In this document: positions 41,538-51,766 of the stretch, one piece after another
Layout of the letters: the number at the start of each line of letters is the position of its first letter
Numbering within the stretch: position 1 is the first letter of the stretch
Assembly: GCA_938091905.1 (NCBI GenBank)
Contig: CALKOM010000134.1
Coordinates: 1-64,000, forward strand
Reading direction: 5' to 3'
Origin: an uncultured Verrucomicrobiales bacterium
GTDB taxonomy: Bacteria; Verrucomicrobiota; Verrucomicrobiia; Verrucomicrobiales; DEV007
Length of the DNA: 64,000 nucleotides
Notes under the pieces: model-generated
The model's database searches: none
What the model saw: the letters and a program-made list of their open reading frames with translations, nothing else
Told to the model about the DNA's origin: nothing
Program-made: the position numbers and the translations under genes

Positions 41538-44500
41538 ATGATGGAGAAGCTTTGGACGCCACTCAGATCCCAGATTCGTTGGATCTTCAGCGGAATGATC
41601 ATGTTGATGGCATTCCCAGTCACCGGCATCGGGCAGAACGCTCTTACCTTTGGATTTGGCAAAAACAGTCAAGGCGACAACACCGTGGAGTTCGCCTGGC
41701 TGGCAGAGCCTAACGTCGTCCTACAGCGCTCCCCTACCCTTCGTGACAACGATTGGGAAACCCTCCTCGCTACCCGAGGCGAGTCCGAGTTCTCAGCTGA
41801 TCGTCAAAGCGAATTCGCCATGTTTTACCGATTAGTGAGTCTGCCCGATGCGACCTCATTAAAAACCACGCCAGAGGCCCTGGAATGGCGGCTAACAGAA
41901 ATGACGATCAATCAGATCGATCGCGCAGTAAATCCTCAGTCCACGCCAGCCAATAAACAGCTGTTGCCTCCTGACGACGGAGATGGCCAGCACTCCGTTG
42001 GTTTGTTTGGTCAGCTAGAACGATTCACTTGGGCTTCTCAACCAGGGCTCATTCGCATTTATAGCCCAGAGAAAGTCGAGTTTGATCGAGCCTATAAACT
42101 TTACTCTAGCAAAGACAGCGTCGCGTCCTCTCGCGAGGACCTTCAGGCTGATATTGCCACGACACGCGCCTGGCAGAGCCAAGCCGACAGATTCACCAAC
42201 CTGAACGAGCCCATTTTAGATGGAAACGGGAACAAAAGATTCCCGATCCTCGACCCCCGAGCACTGAGCTTGGGCGTAGAAGGCTTTAGCTACTTCAACG
42301 ACTCTTCGCTAGGAACCGCGGCCAATATAGCTTTACCCATGCCCGCTGAATGGCTCTACCTTCTACAGGATGGGTCGTTAGGCACCCTCGACAACAGCAG
42401 CAGATGGACTGGCGATGGCGAAGCCTCCGAAACGAATCCGATCGTGGCTCGCCTAGCTTACTGGGGTGACGATGAAACCGCTAAACTGAATATCAACATT
42501 GCCTCGGAGGGCAGGCCATGGGACGTCCCGCGAGCAGACACTCCTCAAGAGCGGTCTTATGCCTTGATGCAACCTGTGAATGGCGAAGTCCAACGTTATC
42601 CAGGGCATCCATCGATGACTTCGCTGAGCAGTCTCCTCTTTCCTGGTAAGTCAGCGGATCATAAGCATCACAGCCTCCGATTAACAGAGAACGAGCTAAA
42701 GCTCATTTACGACCTGACACCAAGAGTCGTGTTCAACAAAATCCGGCCGACTGCCTCCCCCGTAGCCTTGGACGACGACGCCAAATACGCTCGTGTCACT
42801 GATTGGCTCAGCAAAGCCAAGTCTGGTGGAATTGAGGATGCAGAGTTCTTGCACGGCTTCGTCACGACGAGCAATCCGGCACCTGAAATTACCATTCATG
42901 GTCTACCGAGAATCAGTATGTGGCCGGTTCACGAAGTGAACAGCAGCCGCCTCCGGACAGCCTATGACTCACGATCGGCAGCGTTGAGTCCATCGTTTGG
43001 TTTCCTGCGTCGGGACGCCAATTCAAGGCATGGCGAATTCTACTCGCGAGCCAACCGGCACAACGTCGATCTCTTTCAATATCTCATGCACCAGACCTAC
43101 ATGAAGGTACCTGGCTATGGGAAATCGTTAGCAGCCAAATATGGAGCTCGACTAAGCACCTCAAACTACGCTGATGACACAGACTATGATAAGGATCACT
43201 TCATGATCGCGTTCTCGATGCTAGATCACATTCGCACGACAAACATCTTGGATCCAAACCATGGAGAGCCCTATGTAGATCCACTGATCACCTCTGGGAG
43301 CGGTCTAGGAACGATGCCTGGACTCAGCCTCATTAGTCGTAATCTCAAGACTGGCAATGGCGCCTCCGACCACGCTCAGCGCTGGGCTCAACCGACCTTG
43401 GAACCAAATGCTGCGGGGCGAGACTACACGCTTTCTGAACTCGTGCTCACCGCCTACGTCACAGGTGAAACGACCATTCATAGCTGGTCTGATGGAGAGC
43501 CAGATTTCCGCGACGACAACGGCCCTACCGGAGATGTCAAAGTCCTGCAGCGTACGCTTATGAACAAACACCCTGCCTATACCGAGTGGACAGGACGTCG
43601 CTTCGGCCCCAATGACGAGGGTAAAACCTTTGTTAGTGTTGAAATAGGATTAGTCCCCGAGACCTTCTCGCCATCCCAGGGAACCCCTCGAAAGATACCG
43701 AGCCAAACTCTTCGCCTGCTAACTGGTGGCCCAGAATACCGCGGCGGCCTAAGTTCGAGTCGGGGGCTAAGAGTCAATGGGGTTCCTCTACAACTCTGGG
43801 GAGAATCGGCTCCAACAAACACCTCTATCCAAGGCCCTATCCTATCGACCGTTGACGGCGCCAATGTCATCTCCCGCTTTCCCGATATTCCCAACGATTG
43901 GCCCAGCCACGGTGGCCTAGGCGGCCCCCGCTTGTTTCGCTTCGGCACGTTCATGATCAATGAGAGTCAGGAAGGATGGTTCGGCACTGACTTTCTAGCA
44001 AACGGCACTGGTCCTCTCGCTGCCTGGTATTCTCAGACACTGGTAATCATAGAGAAAGGAACTTCACTCTCATTCATACAAGAGGAGCCAATCCAAATCG
44101 CTCTCCACGCAGGCGGTCCAGAGAATGCTTCTCCGGGGAACATCACTCGACTTTTCAATTTCCGCTTTGCTCAGCCCGGCAAGTCATTCGAAGTGCCTCC
44201 TCCTGAAAATGGACTCTCATCATACAAAGGCTGGACGCGGCGATTTCGAGGAGCCGCTGGTTCATCAGCAGAATCGCCAAGTCCGATCACCGAGCCAGAC
44301 AGCAACGAAACAACCAAAGGACTTTCGGTCACTCACGGCGACTATCGCCACGTCGCACTGAAACGCGTTATTCCAAGTGAACTCTTTGGCCACCACCCCG
44401 CAGCAAAGATTAGGCGAAACTCAAACTCGCTGACCTGGGCAACGCGCAACGGCACTTCTGCGGAGCCCTCGGCGACACAAGGCCCGGCCGAGATTGGTCG

Positions 44501-45719
44501 CAGCATCGTTGATGAGGTTACCTACGCCGGTGAGATTCTTCCCGACTTCGTACATGACCCGAGAAACCGAGCAAAGTTCGCTCCCCTGCTGAGTAGCAAC
44601 TATCGCTTCCCCATCGACCCAACGATCACACGGGATTTCGACAATGGTCTCGGCAATGCACCTGACGGCCCATACATCAATACCTCTGATGATGGCGAAG
44701 ATAAGATCCAGGGAACAAGCGTCTTTAACCCGTTGGCCCCCTACTTTGAAGGCACCAGTTCAATCGTTGATGTCTTTGGCCATGAACATCACTTCGCTCG
44801 ACGCATGGCCCCATCACCAGTCGCCTTCGGTTCCCTTCCCTCTGCCTCTCAGGCAAACGCCCCTTGGACCTGCCTGCTCTTCAGGCCAAACCTCTCCGAT
44901 CCCACCACTTTCCCGCATTTGGGCGAAGCTGAAAACGGCATGGTCTGGCAACGAAATCGCACAACGCTTGATGCTTTTGAAGTCCCGCAAATGGCCTCCG
45001 TCAAGGGAGATCCAACTTATCCTGGAGATCATCTGTGGTTAGACTATTTCTGGATGCCGACCGCCCAACCGGTCGACGCCGCTAGCCCTTTCGCGACACA
45101 GGGCAAGGTGAACATGAACTACCAGCTCTTCCCATACACTTACATCAAACGTGCCACAGCCATGCACGCGGTCCTCAAAGGAGAAGAAATCATGGCCATC
45201 CCAACTTCTGCCGGTCTCACCTACAAGAGCTCCCAGAAGAATCCGAATTGGCGCCATCGGATCGATGCTAAAGAGACGCTCTCTCAATTCGAGCTCAAGT
45301 TTGGCAAAGGCGAGATCTTTATGACCGAGTCCGAGATCTGCGAGCAATTCCTCATCCCCGAAGGACAAGCTTGGGATGGCACGGGTATTAGCGTGCGTGC
45401 CTTCTGGGACAAGCATCGTTTGTCAGGCGACAACACGCTTGAGCGCCCGTATGCCGGTTTGTATTCGCGACTCACCACTCGCTCGAACGCCTTCCGGCTG
45501 CACTTCCGTATCCAGTCCATCACCAAGGGAGCAGATTCCCCACCAAATCGCTTCGACCGGGACAAGGACTCTATCGCCAAAGACCGCCGCGGATCCAAGG
45601 TCATCGAACGCGTACTCAACCATGAAGCCCTTCCAAACTACCTCGACGACAGCAAGGACCTCGCGGGCACTCGACGAGCCGAGGCCCTCTATGAAGTCAT
45701 CGTACGAGATGGAGGCTAG
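41538..45719 (+). CDS. Verru_Chthon cassette protein A homologue with atypical N-terminus
   Basis: WASQPGLIRIY, YKLYSS, PMPAEWLY, NPIVARLAYWGDDE, QRYPGHP, RDFDNG..DGPYIN, FGSLP, GKVNMNYQ, SGDNTLERPY, RLTTRSN. Confidence 0.88.
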   Translation: MMEKLWTPLRSQIRWIFSGMIMLMAFPVTGIGQNALTFGFGKNSQGDNTVEFAWLAEPNVVLQRSPTLRDNDWETLLATRGESEFSADRQSEFAMFYRLVSLPDATSLKTTPEALEWRLTEMTINQIDRAVNPQSTPANKQLLPPDDGDGQHSVGLFGQLERFTWASQPGLIRIYSPEKVEFDRAYKLYSSKDSVASSREDLQADIATTRAWQSQADRFTNLNEPILDGNGNKRFPILDPRALSLGVEGFSYFNDSSLGTAANIALPMPAEWLYLLQDGSLGTLDNSSRWTGDGEASETNPIVARLAYWGDDETAKLNINIASEGRPWDVPRADTPQERSYALMQPVNGEVQRYPGHPSMTSLSSLLFPGKSADHKHHSLRLTENELKLIYDLTPRVVFNKIRPTASPVALDDDAKYARVTDWLSKAKSGGIEDAEFLHGFVTTSNPAPEITIHGLPRISMWPVHEVNSSRLRTAYDSRSAALSPSFGFLRRDANSRHGEFYSRANRHNVDLFQYLMHQTYMKVPGYGKSLAAKYGARLSTSNYADDTDYDKDHFMIAFSMLDHIRTTNILDPNHGEPYVDPLITSGSGLGTMPGLSLISRNLKTGNGASDHAQRWAQPTLEPNAAGRDYTLSELVLTAYVTGETTIHSWSDGEPDFRDDNGPTGDVKVLQRTLMNKHPAYTEWTGRRFGPNDEGKTFVSVEIGLVPETFSPSQGTPRKIPSQTLRLLTGGPEYRGGLSSSRGLRVNGVPLQLWGESAPTNTSIQGPILSTVDGANVISRFPDIPNDWPSHGGLGGPRLFRFGTFMINESQEGWFGTDFLANGTGPLAAWYSQTLVIIEKGTSLSFIQEEPIQIALHAGGPENASPGNITRLFNFRFAQPGKSFEVPPPENGLSSYKGWTRRFRGAAGSSAESPSPITEPDSNETTKGLSVTHGDYRHVALKRVIPSELFGHHPAAKIRRNSNSLTWATRNGTSAEPSATQGPAEIGRSIVDEVTYAGEILPDFVHDPRNRAKFAPLLSSNYRFPIDPTITRDFDNGLGNAPDGPYINTSDDGEDKIQGTSVFNPLAPYFEGTSSIVDVFGHEHHFARRMAPSPVAFGSLPSASQANAPWTCLLFRPNLSDPTTFPHLGEAENGMVWQRNRTTLDAFEVPQMASVKGDPTYPGDHLWLDYFWMPTAQPVDAASPFATQGKVNMNYQLFPYTYIKRATAMHAVLKGEEIMAIPTSAGLTYKSSQKNPNWRHRIDAKETLSQFELKFGKGEIFMTESEICEQFLIPEGQAWDGTGISVRAFWDKHRLSGDNTLERPYAGLYSRLTTRSNAFRLHFRIQSITKGADSPPNRFDRDKDSIAKDRRGSKVIERVLNHEALPNYLDDSKDLAGTRRAEALYEVIVRDGG

Positions 45720-45749
45720 CCAAACACTCCCGGGTTCGTAAGCTAAGGA

Positions 45750-46646
45750 ATGATTCGATATTTAGTCTTACCCATACTAATCCTCACAGCGTCGACTGCA
45801 TTCACTCAGAATATTTCTCGTTCTCCACTTGGGATTGGCTACAGCTATCAACCTTCGACAGACATCGATGATGGCAGTGAGGTTTCGACTCAATCCTTCT
45901 ATATCCGAGCAGGTCTTCCGTTGCTTCGCGAGCCAGGCAAGTTTATCGCCTTGACCACGCGCTACGAGTGGACTTCCTATGACTTTGAAGGCAGTAGACA
46001 AGGGAGTTTCGGTGCATTGGATCCTTGGGACGAAGTCCATGCACTCAAGTTTGGCCTTCCAGTCTTCTGGGACCTCAATGATGATTGGACATTCTTTGCC
46101 CTTCCGTCACTTGGATTGAACTTTGAGGACGGTGCAGACGTGGAAGATTCTGTCACGGGAAGCTTGCTCGCTGGCGCTACCTACCAGTTTAGCGACAGCC
46201 TTTCCATCGGTCCAGGATTCGGTGTCCGATCTCAGTTAGAAGATTCGTTAAGCGTCTTCCCCATTGTTCTCGTCGATTGGCAGCTATCCGAGAACTTGAA
46301 AATCACCACTCGTCCATCTGGCGCCTTCATCAGTGGTCCCGGTGTGACCGTGGATTGGCAACTCTCAAGTTCTTGCCGCGCTGCCTTTGGCGCGACCTAC
46401 GAGAACACGCGCTTCCGGCTGAGTGATCCGAACCGCGCAGCTTCCGAAGGTATCGGTGAATACAGTAGTGTGCCTCTATACGCAGCTCTCACATTTCAAC
46501 CCACCGCCAATGTCCACGCCGGGGTGTTTGCTGGCGTCCGGTTCGCTAATGAGCTTCAGCTAGAGAACTCTCGCGGTCACAACATCATACGTGAAGACGC
46601 CGATCCAGCGCCGTTCTTCGGCTTGAATCTCTCGCTCCACTTTTAA
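45750..46646 (+). CDS. Outer-membrane beta-barrel protein (DUF6268-like)
   Basis: Signal peptide, alternating beta strands, FPIVLVDWQ, C-terminal LNLSLHF. Confidence 0.75.
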   Translation: MIRYLVLPILILTASTAFTQNISRSPLGIGYSYQPSTDIDDGSEVSTQSFYIRAGLPLLREPGKFIALTTRYEWTSYDFEGSRQGSFGALDPWDEVHALKFGLPVFWDLNDDWTFFALPSLGLNFEDGADVEDSVTGSLLAGATYQFSDSLSIGPGFGVRSQLEDSLSVFPIVLVDWQLSENLKITTRPSGAFISGPGVTVDWQLSSSCRAAFGATYENTRFRLSDPNRAASEGIGEYSSVPLYAALTFQPTANVHAGVFAGVRFANELQLENSRGHNIIREDADPAPFFGLNLSLHF

Positions 46647-46698
46647 TGGGGCCATCCTTGACCAAATATTGGTTCGGCATTAAGCACGCATAACAATC

Positions 46699-46773
46699 AT
46701 GTTTACCCACCGAATTACCAGCTTGGTCAAAGCCTACCGCCTCGCGGTAGGGCTCGTCTGGTGGCGTGCCTAA
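46699..46773 (+). CDS. TrpL-like leader peptide MFTHRITSLVKAYRLAVGLVWWRA
   Basis: Own translation; ATG 46699, tandem TGG TGG at 46759-46764, TAA 46771-46773; below ORF-track cutoff. Confidence 0.65.
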   Translation: MFTHRITSLVKAYRLAVGLVWWRA

Positions 46774-46846
46774 CCTCTCGGCAGGGTACTTGAACGTAAA
46801 CTTTGGACATCGCTAGATGGCATTATTGAAGACGTGAGAGGTCGCC
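46699..46846 (+). promoter_or_regulatory. Candidate tryptophan-responsive attenuator leader
   Basis: Leader peptide; hairpin CCTACCGC/GCGGTAGG (46733-46751); ACCTCTC (46773-46779) is the exact complement of GAGAGGT (46836-46842) upstream of TTG 46847. Confidence 0.55.
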
Positions 46847-47758
46847 TTGCCGGCAATCCTTGCGTCGATGCAATCAACCACCACCACGAGCGTCACTGAC
46901 GTTTCTCAGCCCAACAATCCCTTTGCCCGGGGGATTGTGCTCATGATAGCGTGTCTTGGCTTCTTCACAGCTAATGCCCTGCTCATCAAATACCTTGGCA
47001 CCTATCATCACACTGGCACTTGGTCGCTCGTCTTTCTTCGTGGCCTCGTCGGCCTCCTGATCGTCGTCATCTTCTACGGCAAACGCTCAGGCTTGAGCCT
47101 ATCGAGGATTTTCACCCAGCCGATGCTTGTCACTAGGGGCCTGTTAGGTGTCTTCGGGCTTTGCGCCTACTATTGGACCATCCCAAGATTGGGTGCCGGA
47201 CTCGCGACGCTTCTTAGCAATCTCTACGTGGTCCTGGGCGCTGTCTTTGCCGCGTGCTTCCTCGTAAAAGAGAAGCTCAGCTCTACACAATTCATCTGGT
47301 TGATTGTTAGCCTATTCGGTGTTGGGCTGCTCAGTCAGGCCCGTTCGGGGATCGATTTCGACTTTGCCGTGGCTCTCGCTGGTGCCGTTGCCGCCGGGAT
47401 GGTCATTGTGATCATACGCTTTCTTCACAGGACTGAGGCCACACCGACCATCTTCGCGTCCCAGTGCGTCTACGCAATGATTGCCGTCCTTCCGCTCGCC
47501 GTCTCTGAACTGCTCCAACTGACAGGTAGAGCGTTAGTGTGGGCTCTGACCGCATCCTTCATGGCAGCGCTGGGTCAATTGACCATGACCCATTCGTTTC
47601 GCTATCTCAATGTATCGATTGGTGGCGCCTTTCATCTGACGATCCCCGTCTGGGTGTCCATAGGCGGATTCTTTCTCTTCGGAGAAACATTTAGTCTACT
47701 CCAGCTAGCTGGGGCTGTCCTCTTGCTATTCGGCTGTTTTAAGGCGATTCGTCGATGA
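46847..47758 (+). CDS. EamA/DMT-family transporter
   Basis: About 10 TMs in two EamA halves; VFLRG, RGLLG, VKEKL, GQLTMT, FGETF; start TTG 46847 or ATG 46868. Confidence 0.88.
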   Translation: MPAILASMQSTTTTSVTDVSQPNNPFARGIVLMIACLGFFTANALLIKYLGTYHHTGTWSLVFLRGLVGLLIVVIFYGKRSGLSLSRIFTQPMLVTRGLLGVFGLCAYYWTIPRLGAGLATLLSNLYVVLGAVFAACFLVKEKLSSTQFIWLIVSLFGVGLLSQARSGIDFDFAVALAGAVAAGMVIVIIRFLHRTEATPTIFASQCVYAMIAVLPLAVSELLQLTGRALVWALTASFMAALGQLTMTHSFRYLNVSIGGAFHLTIPVWVSIGGFFLFGETFSLLQLAGAVLLLFGCFKAIRR

Positions 47759-47810
47759 AACCTCCCCCCGCCATTGACAGCCCCCACGCTCGCAGGCGAG
47801 CGTTAAACTC

Positions 47811-50585
47811 ATGGCTACCAAGAAGGATTTCCGCTTGTTTCTACTGGATGGGATGGCACTCATCTACCGAGCCCACTTTGCCCTCATCCGCAGCCCTATT
47901 TACACGTCAGGCGGATTCAACAGCTCGGCGATCTTCGGCTTTGCCAACACCCTCTTGGATATCAAGACGAAACAAAAGCCCACGCATTTGGCACTGGTCT
48001 TTGACACGTCTGCACCCACCTTCCGCCACAAAACGTTCCCGGAATACAAGGCTCAGCGCCAGGAAATGCCAGAGGATCTCAGCGCGGCCATTCCCCATGT
48101 GAAACGCATGGCGGAAGCATTTAACATTCCCGTCATTACGCTCGATGGGTACGAGGCCGATGATATCATTGGAACCCTAACAAAGCGCGCCGATGCCGAT
48201 GGACGCTTCGAGACCTTCATGGTGACCCCGGACAAGGACTTTGCCCAGCTCGTCTCCGAATCCAGTTTCATTTACAAACCCGGCCGCCAAGGAAGTGATC
48301 ACGAAATCATTGGAGTCGAAGAAGTCCTCGCCAAGTGGGAGGTCGAGCGCCCCGAACAGGTCATCGATATTCTCGGCTTATGGGGAGATGCGTCTGACAA
48401 TATTCCAGGAATACCAGGAATCGGAGAGAAGACCTCCAAGAAACTGATCAAGCAATTTGGCAGTGCCGAGAAACTGATCGAGAGCACCGACCAACTCAAA
48501 GGCAAGCAGAAGGAAAACGTGATCAACTTTGGCGAGCAGGGATTGCTCTCCAAACAGCTAGCGACGATTAACATCGAGTCTCCCATTGAAGTCGCTCTCG
48601 ATGACCTGGTCGTGAAAGACTATGACAAAGAGACCCTTCAAGACTTTCTGATAGAGTTTGAATTCAACGCACTGGGACAACGACTCTTCGGCAAAGACTT
48701 CAAGGTGGGACGTGGAGCTCAACTGAGAGCTCAAGGAATCGACCCCAAGAGCCTGAAGACGATCCATCACATTAAGAAGGGCTATGAGCTCACTGACACG
48801 GAAGAGAAACGAGCTTCCCTCCTCAATGAATTAGCAAAGCGGAAGTCTTTCTGCTTCGACACGGAGACCTCCTCACTAAATCCAAATACTTGCCAGTTGC
48901 TGGGTATCGCCTTCTCCTGGGCAGCGAATGAAGGCCACTACGTGCCTCTACCAATAGATGCGCCGCTTGAAGCTGTTAGTATTCTCAAGTTCTTCGCACC
49001 CGTACTGACCGATCCAAAAAAAGAGCTCGTGGGCCACAATCTGAAATTCGATATCAGCGTGCTTCGCGCCAAGGGCCTCTCCGTCGATGGCCCGTTCTTT
49101 GATTCCATGATCGCTCACGCGCTGGTTGAACCAGATCAGAGACACGGTATGGATTACCTTTCGGAGGTCTTTCTCGGCTACTCACCCATCTCTATCTCCA
49201 CCCTGATCGGTGAGAAAGGCGCACCTGAAGGTCAGCGAAACCTGTTAGAACTGAGTAAGGATCACCTCGATAAAGTGGCTCAATACGCCGCCGAAGACGC
49301 CGATGTGACGTGGCAAATTGCAGAGAAGCTACGACCACAACTCAAAGAGAAAGCCCAGGAACAGGTGTTTTACGATATCGAGTGCCCACTTATGCCAGTG
49401 CTGGCAGATATGGAAAAAGAAGGCATCGCGGTCGACCTTGACGCCCTTTCTCACATCGGAGAAGACCTAGGCAAACGTTCGGAACAACTGCGAAAGGCCG
49501 TCTTCGATGCCGCCGACGGCGAATTCAATTTGGATTCGCCGAAGCAGCTAGGCGAGATTCTCTTCGAAAAACTAAAGCTCGTCGAAAAGCCAAAGAAAAC
49601 GCGCACAGGCCAATACGCAACGAATGAACAAGTGCTCTCGACCCTCGCGCCGCAGCACCAGATCGTCCAGGATATCCTTGGCTATCGTGAAGCCACCAAG
49701 CTAAAGAACACGTACGTTGATAATCTCCCTCAGGACGTGAATCCGACCACTGGACGCATTCACACTACCTTCCAACAGCTCATGACCGCGACTGGCAGAA
49801 TGCAGTCGAGCGGCCCCAACCTACAAAATATTCCGATCCGTTCGGAGCAAGGCAAAGAGATCAGACGTGCCTTCATTCCCGGTGGCCCTGATCGACTTCT
49901 CTTTGCTGCAGACTACTCGCAGATCGAGCTCCGAGTCATGGCATCGATGAGCGGCGACAAAGCGATGTGTCAGGCTTTCCAAGACAACGCTGACATTCAC
50001 ACGGCAACCGCGGCAGCGGTACATTCAGTATCGCCTGAAGATGTCCTACCGGAGATGCGGCGTACTGCCAAGATGGTCAACTTCGGAATCATCTATGGAA
50101 TCTCCGGCTTTGGCCTCGCTCAGCGGTTGGGTATTGGTAAAAAGGAAGCGGACGCCATCATCAACGCCTATTTCGAGCTGTATCCCGGCGTGAAAGTGCA
50201 CATGGACAAGACGATCGAGCAGGCTGCCGAGCTAGGCTACGTCGAAACTCTTACGGGTCGGCGACGCTACTTGCGTGACATTACCTCGAGTAACTGGACA
50301 GTCCGTTCCGCTGCGGAGCGCATGGCAATCAACACGCCCATTCAAGGCACCGCTGCCGATATGATCAAGCTTGCCATGATTCGCGTCGCCGCAGCGTTAG
50401 AGAAGGAGAATTTACGAAGTAAGATGCTGCTTCAAGTGCATGACGAACTGGTCTTCGACATGTATCGCGACGAGCAACTCCTGCTCCAGCCGCTCGTCGA
50501 GCAATGCATGAGAGATGCCTTGCCTCTGAAGGTTCCCGTTGTGGTAGAGACCGGTGTGGGTGTGAATTGGCTGGATGCCCATTGA
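47811..50585 (+). CDS. polA: DNA polymerase I
   Basis: 5'-exo LLDGMALIYRA / EADD, 3'-exo FDTET, polymerase ADYSQIELR, KMVNFGIIYG, LQVHDELV. Confidence 0.98.
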   Translation: MATKKDFRLFLLDGMALIYRAHFALIRSPIYTSGGFNSSAIFGFANTLLDIKTKQKPTHLALVFDTSAPTFRHKTFPEYKAQRQEMPEDLSAAIPHVKRMAEAFNIPVITLDGYEADDIIGTLTKRADADGRFETFMVTPDKDFAQLVSESSFIYKPGRQGSDHEIIGVEEVLAKWEVERPEQVIDILGLWGDASDNIPGIPGIGEKTSKKLIKQFGSAEKLIESTDQLKGKQKENVINFGEQGLLSKQLATINIESPIEVALDDLVVKDYDKETLQDFLIEFEFNALGQRLFGKDFKVGRGAQLRAQGIDPKSLKTIHHIKKGYELTDTEEKRASLLNELAKRKSFCFDTETSSLNPNTCQLLGIAFSWAANEGHYVPLPIDAPLEAVSILKFFAPVLTDPKKELVGHNLKFDISVLRAKGLSVDGPFFDSMIAHALVEPDQRHGMDYLSEVFLGYSPISISTLIGEKGAPEGQRNLLELSKDHLDKVAQYAAEDADVTWQIAEKLRPQLKEKAQEQVFYDIECPLMPVLADMEKEGIAVDLDALSHIGEDLGKRSEQLRKAVFDAADGEFNLDSPKQLGEILFEKLKLVEKPKKTRTGQYATNEQVLSTLAPQHQIVQDILGYREATKLKNTYVDNLPQDVNPTTGRIHTTFQQLMTATGRMQSSGPNLQNIPIRSEQGKEIRRAFIPGGPDRLLFAADYSQIELRVMASMSGDKAMCQAFQDNADIHTATAAAVHSVSPEDVLPEMRRTAKMVNFGIIYGISGFGLAQRLGIGKKEADAIINAYFELYPGVKVHMDKTIEQAAELGYVETLTGRRRYLRDITSSNWTVRSAAERMAINTPIQGTAADMIKLAMIRVAAALEKENLRSKMLLQVHDELVFDMYRDEQLLLQPLVEQCMRDALPLKVPVVVETGVGVNWLDAH

Positions 50586-50588
50586 TCG

Positions 50589-51722
50589 ATGGATCCTCGG
50601 CGTACCAGAACATGGGCGGAGATTGATCTCAGAGCACTTCACCACAACCTAGCGGTTGTCCGTAACCACGCTCCCAACGCAGACGTGCTCGCAGTGGTCA
50701 AGGCAAACGCCTACGGCCATGGACTCACTAAAGTCTGTCAGTCCCTTGCCAGTAGCGTCGCCTACTTTGGCGTAGCAGCGATCTCTGAGGCCAGCATCAT
50801 TAGGAACGCGTTAGAAGGTATGCCCAGCCCTTCAATTCTCATTATGGGCGAGACCCTAGCCGAGGAATTACCCAAGGCAATCTCGCGCGGCTGGCATCTA
50901 TCTGTATCCTCTATCACACAATGTCAGGTTGTGATCAAAGCGGCTGAGGCACTAGGACATCAGGCAAATATTCATTTGGTTGCCGATACAGGTATGGGAA
51001 GGATGGGAGCGCTTCCAGCGGATTTCAAAGCTCTCTGTCAACACGCTCAAGCTCACCCTGTTCTCAACGTTAGAGGACTCTCGACGCACCTTTCGTCAGC
51101 CGATGAAGATGAGTCCTATACCCAGCAGCAGTTGAAGGAGTTCAACCAATTACTGAACGAAGCCCTGGCTGTGTGGTCGGGGGAAGACCAGCCTCTGGTT
51201 CACGTTCTCAACAGCGCAGGTATCTTCCGCAAAGGCCAAACTGAACAGCGTACATTAGTTCGGCCAGGACTCATGCTTTATGGCTGCTCACCAGAAACGC
51301 CCTTTCAGTCGACTCTGAAACCAGTGATGACCGTAAAATCTCGCATTCGCCTAATACGCGAACTTCCAACGGGCTCTGGAATCAGCTATGGGCACAGCTA
51401 CATCACGACCTCCCCCACGCTGGTCGCGACCATTGGTATCGGTTACGGAGATGGCTTCTCCAGAGCACTAGCGCATCGCGCAACCACGGTTCTCATTCAG
51501 GGTCAGCACTGCTCCTTGTTGGGCCAAGTGACGATGGACCAGATCATGGTGGATGTCACCCATCTCCAAGAACAAGCAACAGTGGGCGACGAAGTCGTCA
51601 TTCTAGGGTCACAGGGAGGCAAGACAATTGATCTCCGAGAGCTGGCAACCAAAGCCCGGACTATTCCATGGGAAGTTCTAACAGAGATATCGGGGCGAGT
51701 ATGCAGAATTCATCTCGACTAG
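50589..51722 (+). CDS. alr: Alanine racemase
   Basis: AVVKANAYGHG, DTGMGRMG, VRPGLMLYG, GISYG, GYGDG, TMDQ. Confidence 0.95.
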   Translation: MDPRRTRTWAEIDLRALHHNLAVVRNHAPNADVLAVVKANAYGHGLTKVCQSLASSVAYFGVAAISEASIIRNALEGMPSPSILIMGETLAEELPKAISRGWHLSVSSITQCQVVIKAAEALGHQANIHLVADTGMGRMGALPADFKALCQHAQAHPVLNVRGLSTHLSSADEDESYTQQQLKEFNQLLNEALAVWSGEDQPLVHVLNSAGIFRKGQTEQRTLVRPGLMLYGCSPETPFQSTLKPVMTVKSRIRLIRELPTGSGISYGHSYITTSPTLVATIGIGYGDGFSRALAHRATTVLIQGQHCSLLGQVTMDQIMVDVTHLQEQATVGDEVVILGSQGGKTIDLRELATKARTIPWEVLTEISGRVCRIHLD

Positions 51723-51766
51723 ACCAAGCCTTGCAACAATAGCTTATAGCCACATAGAGTCTCACG

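Noticed and set aside
46730..46860. Known riboswitch (SAM, glycine, TPP, guanidine) upstream of the EamA gene
   Set aside because: Only short fragments resemble consensus motifs and no complete aptamer core is visible; the Trp leader peptide explains the region better. An Rfam scan would settle it
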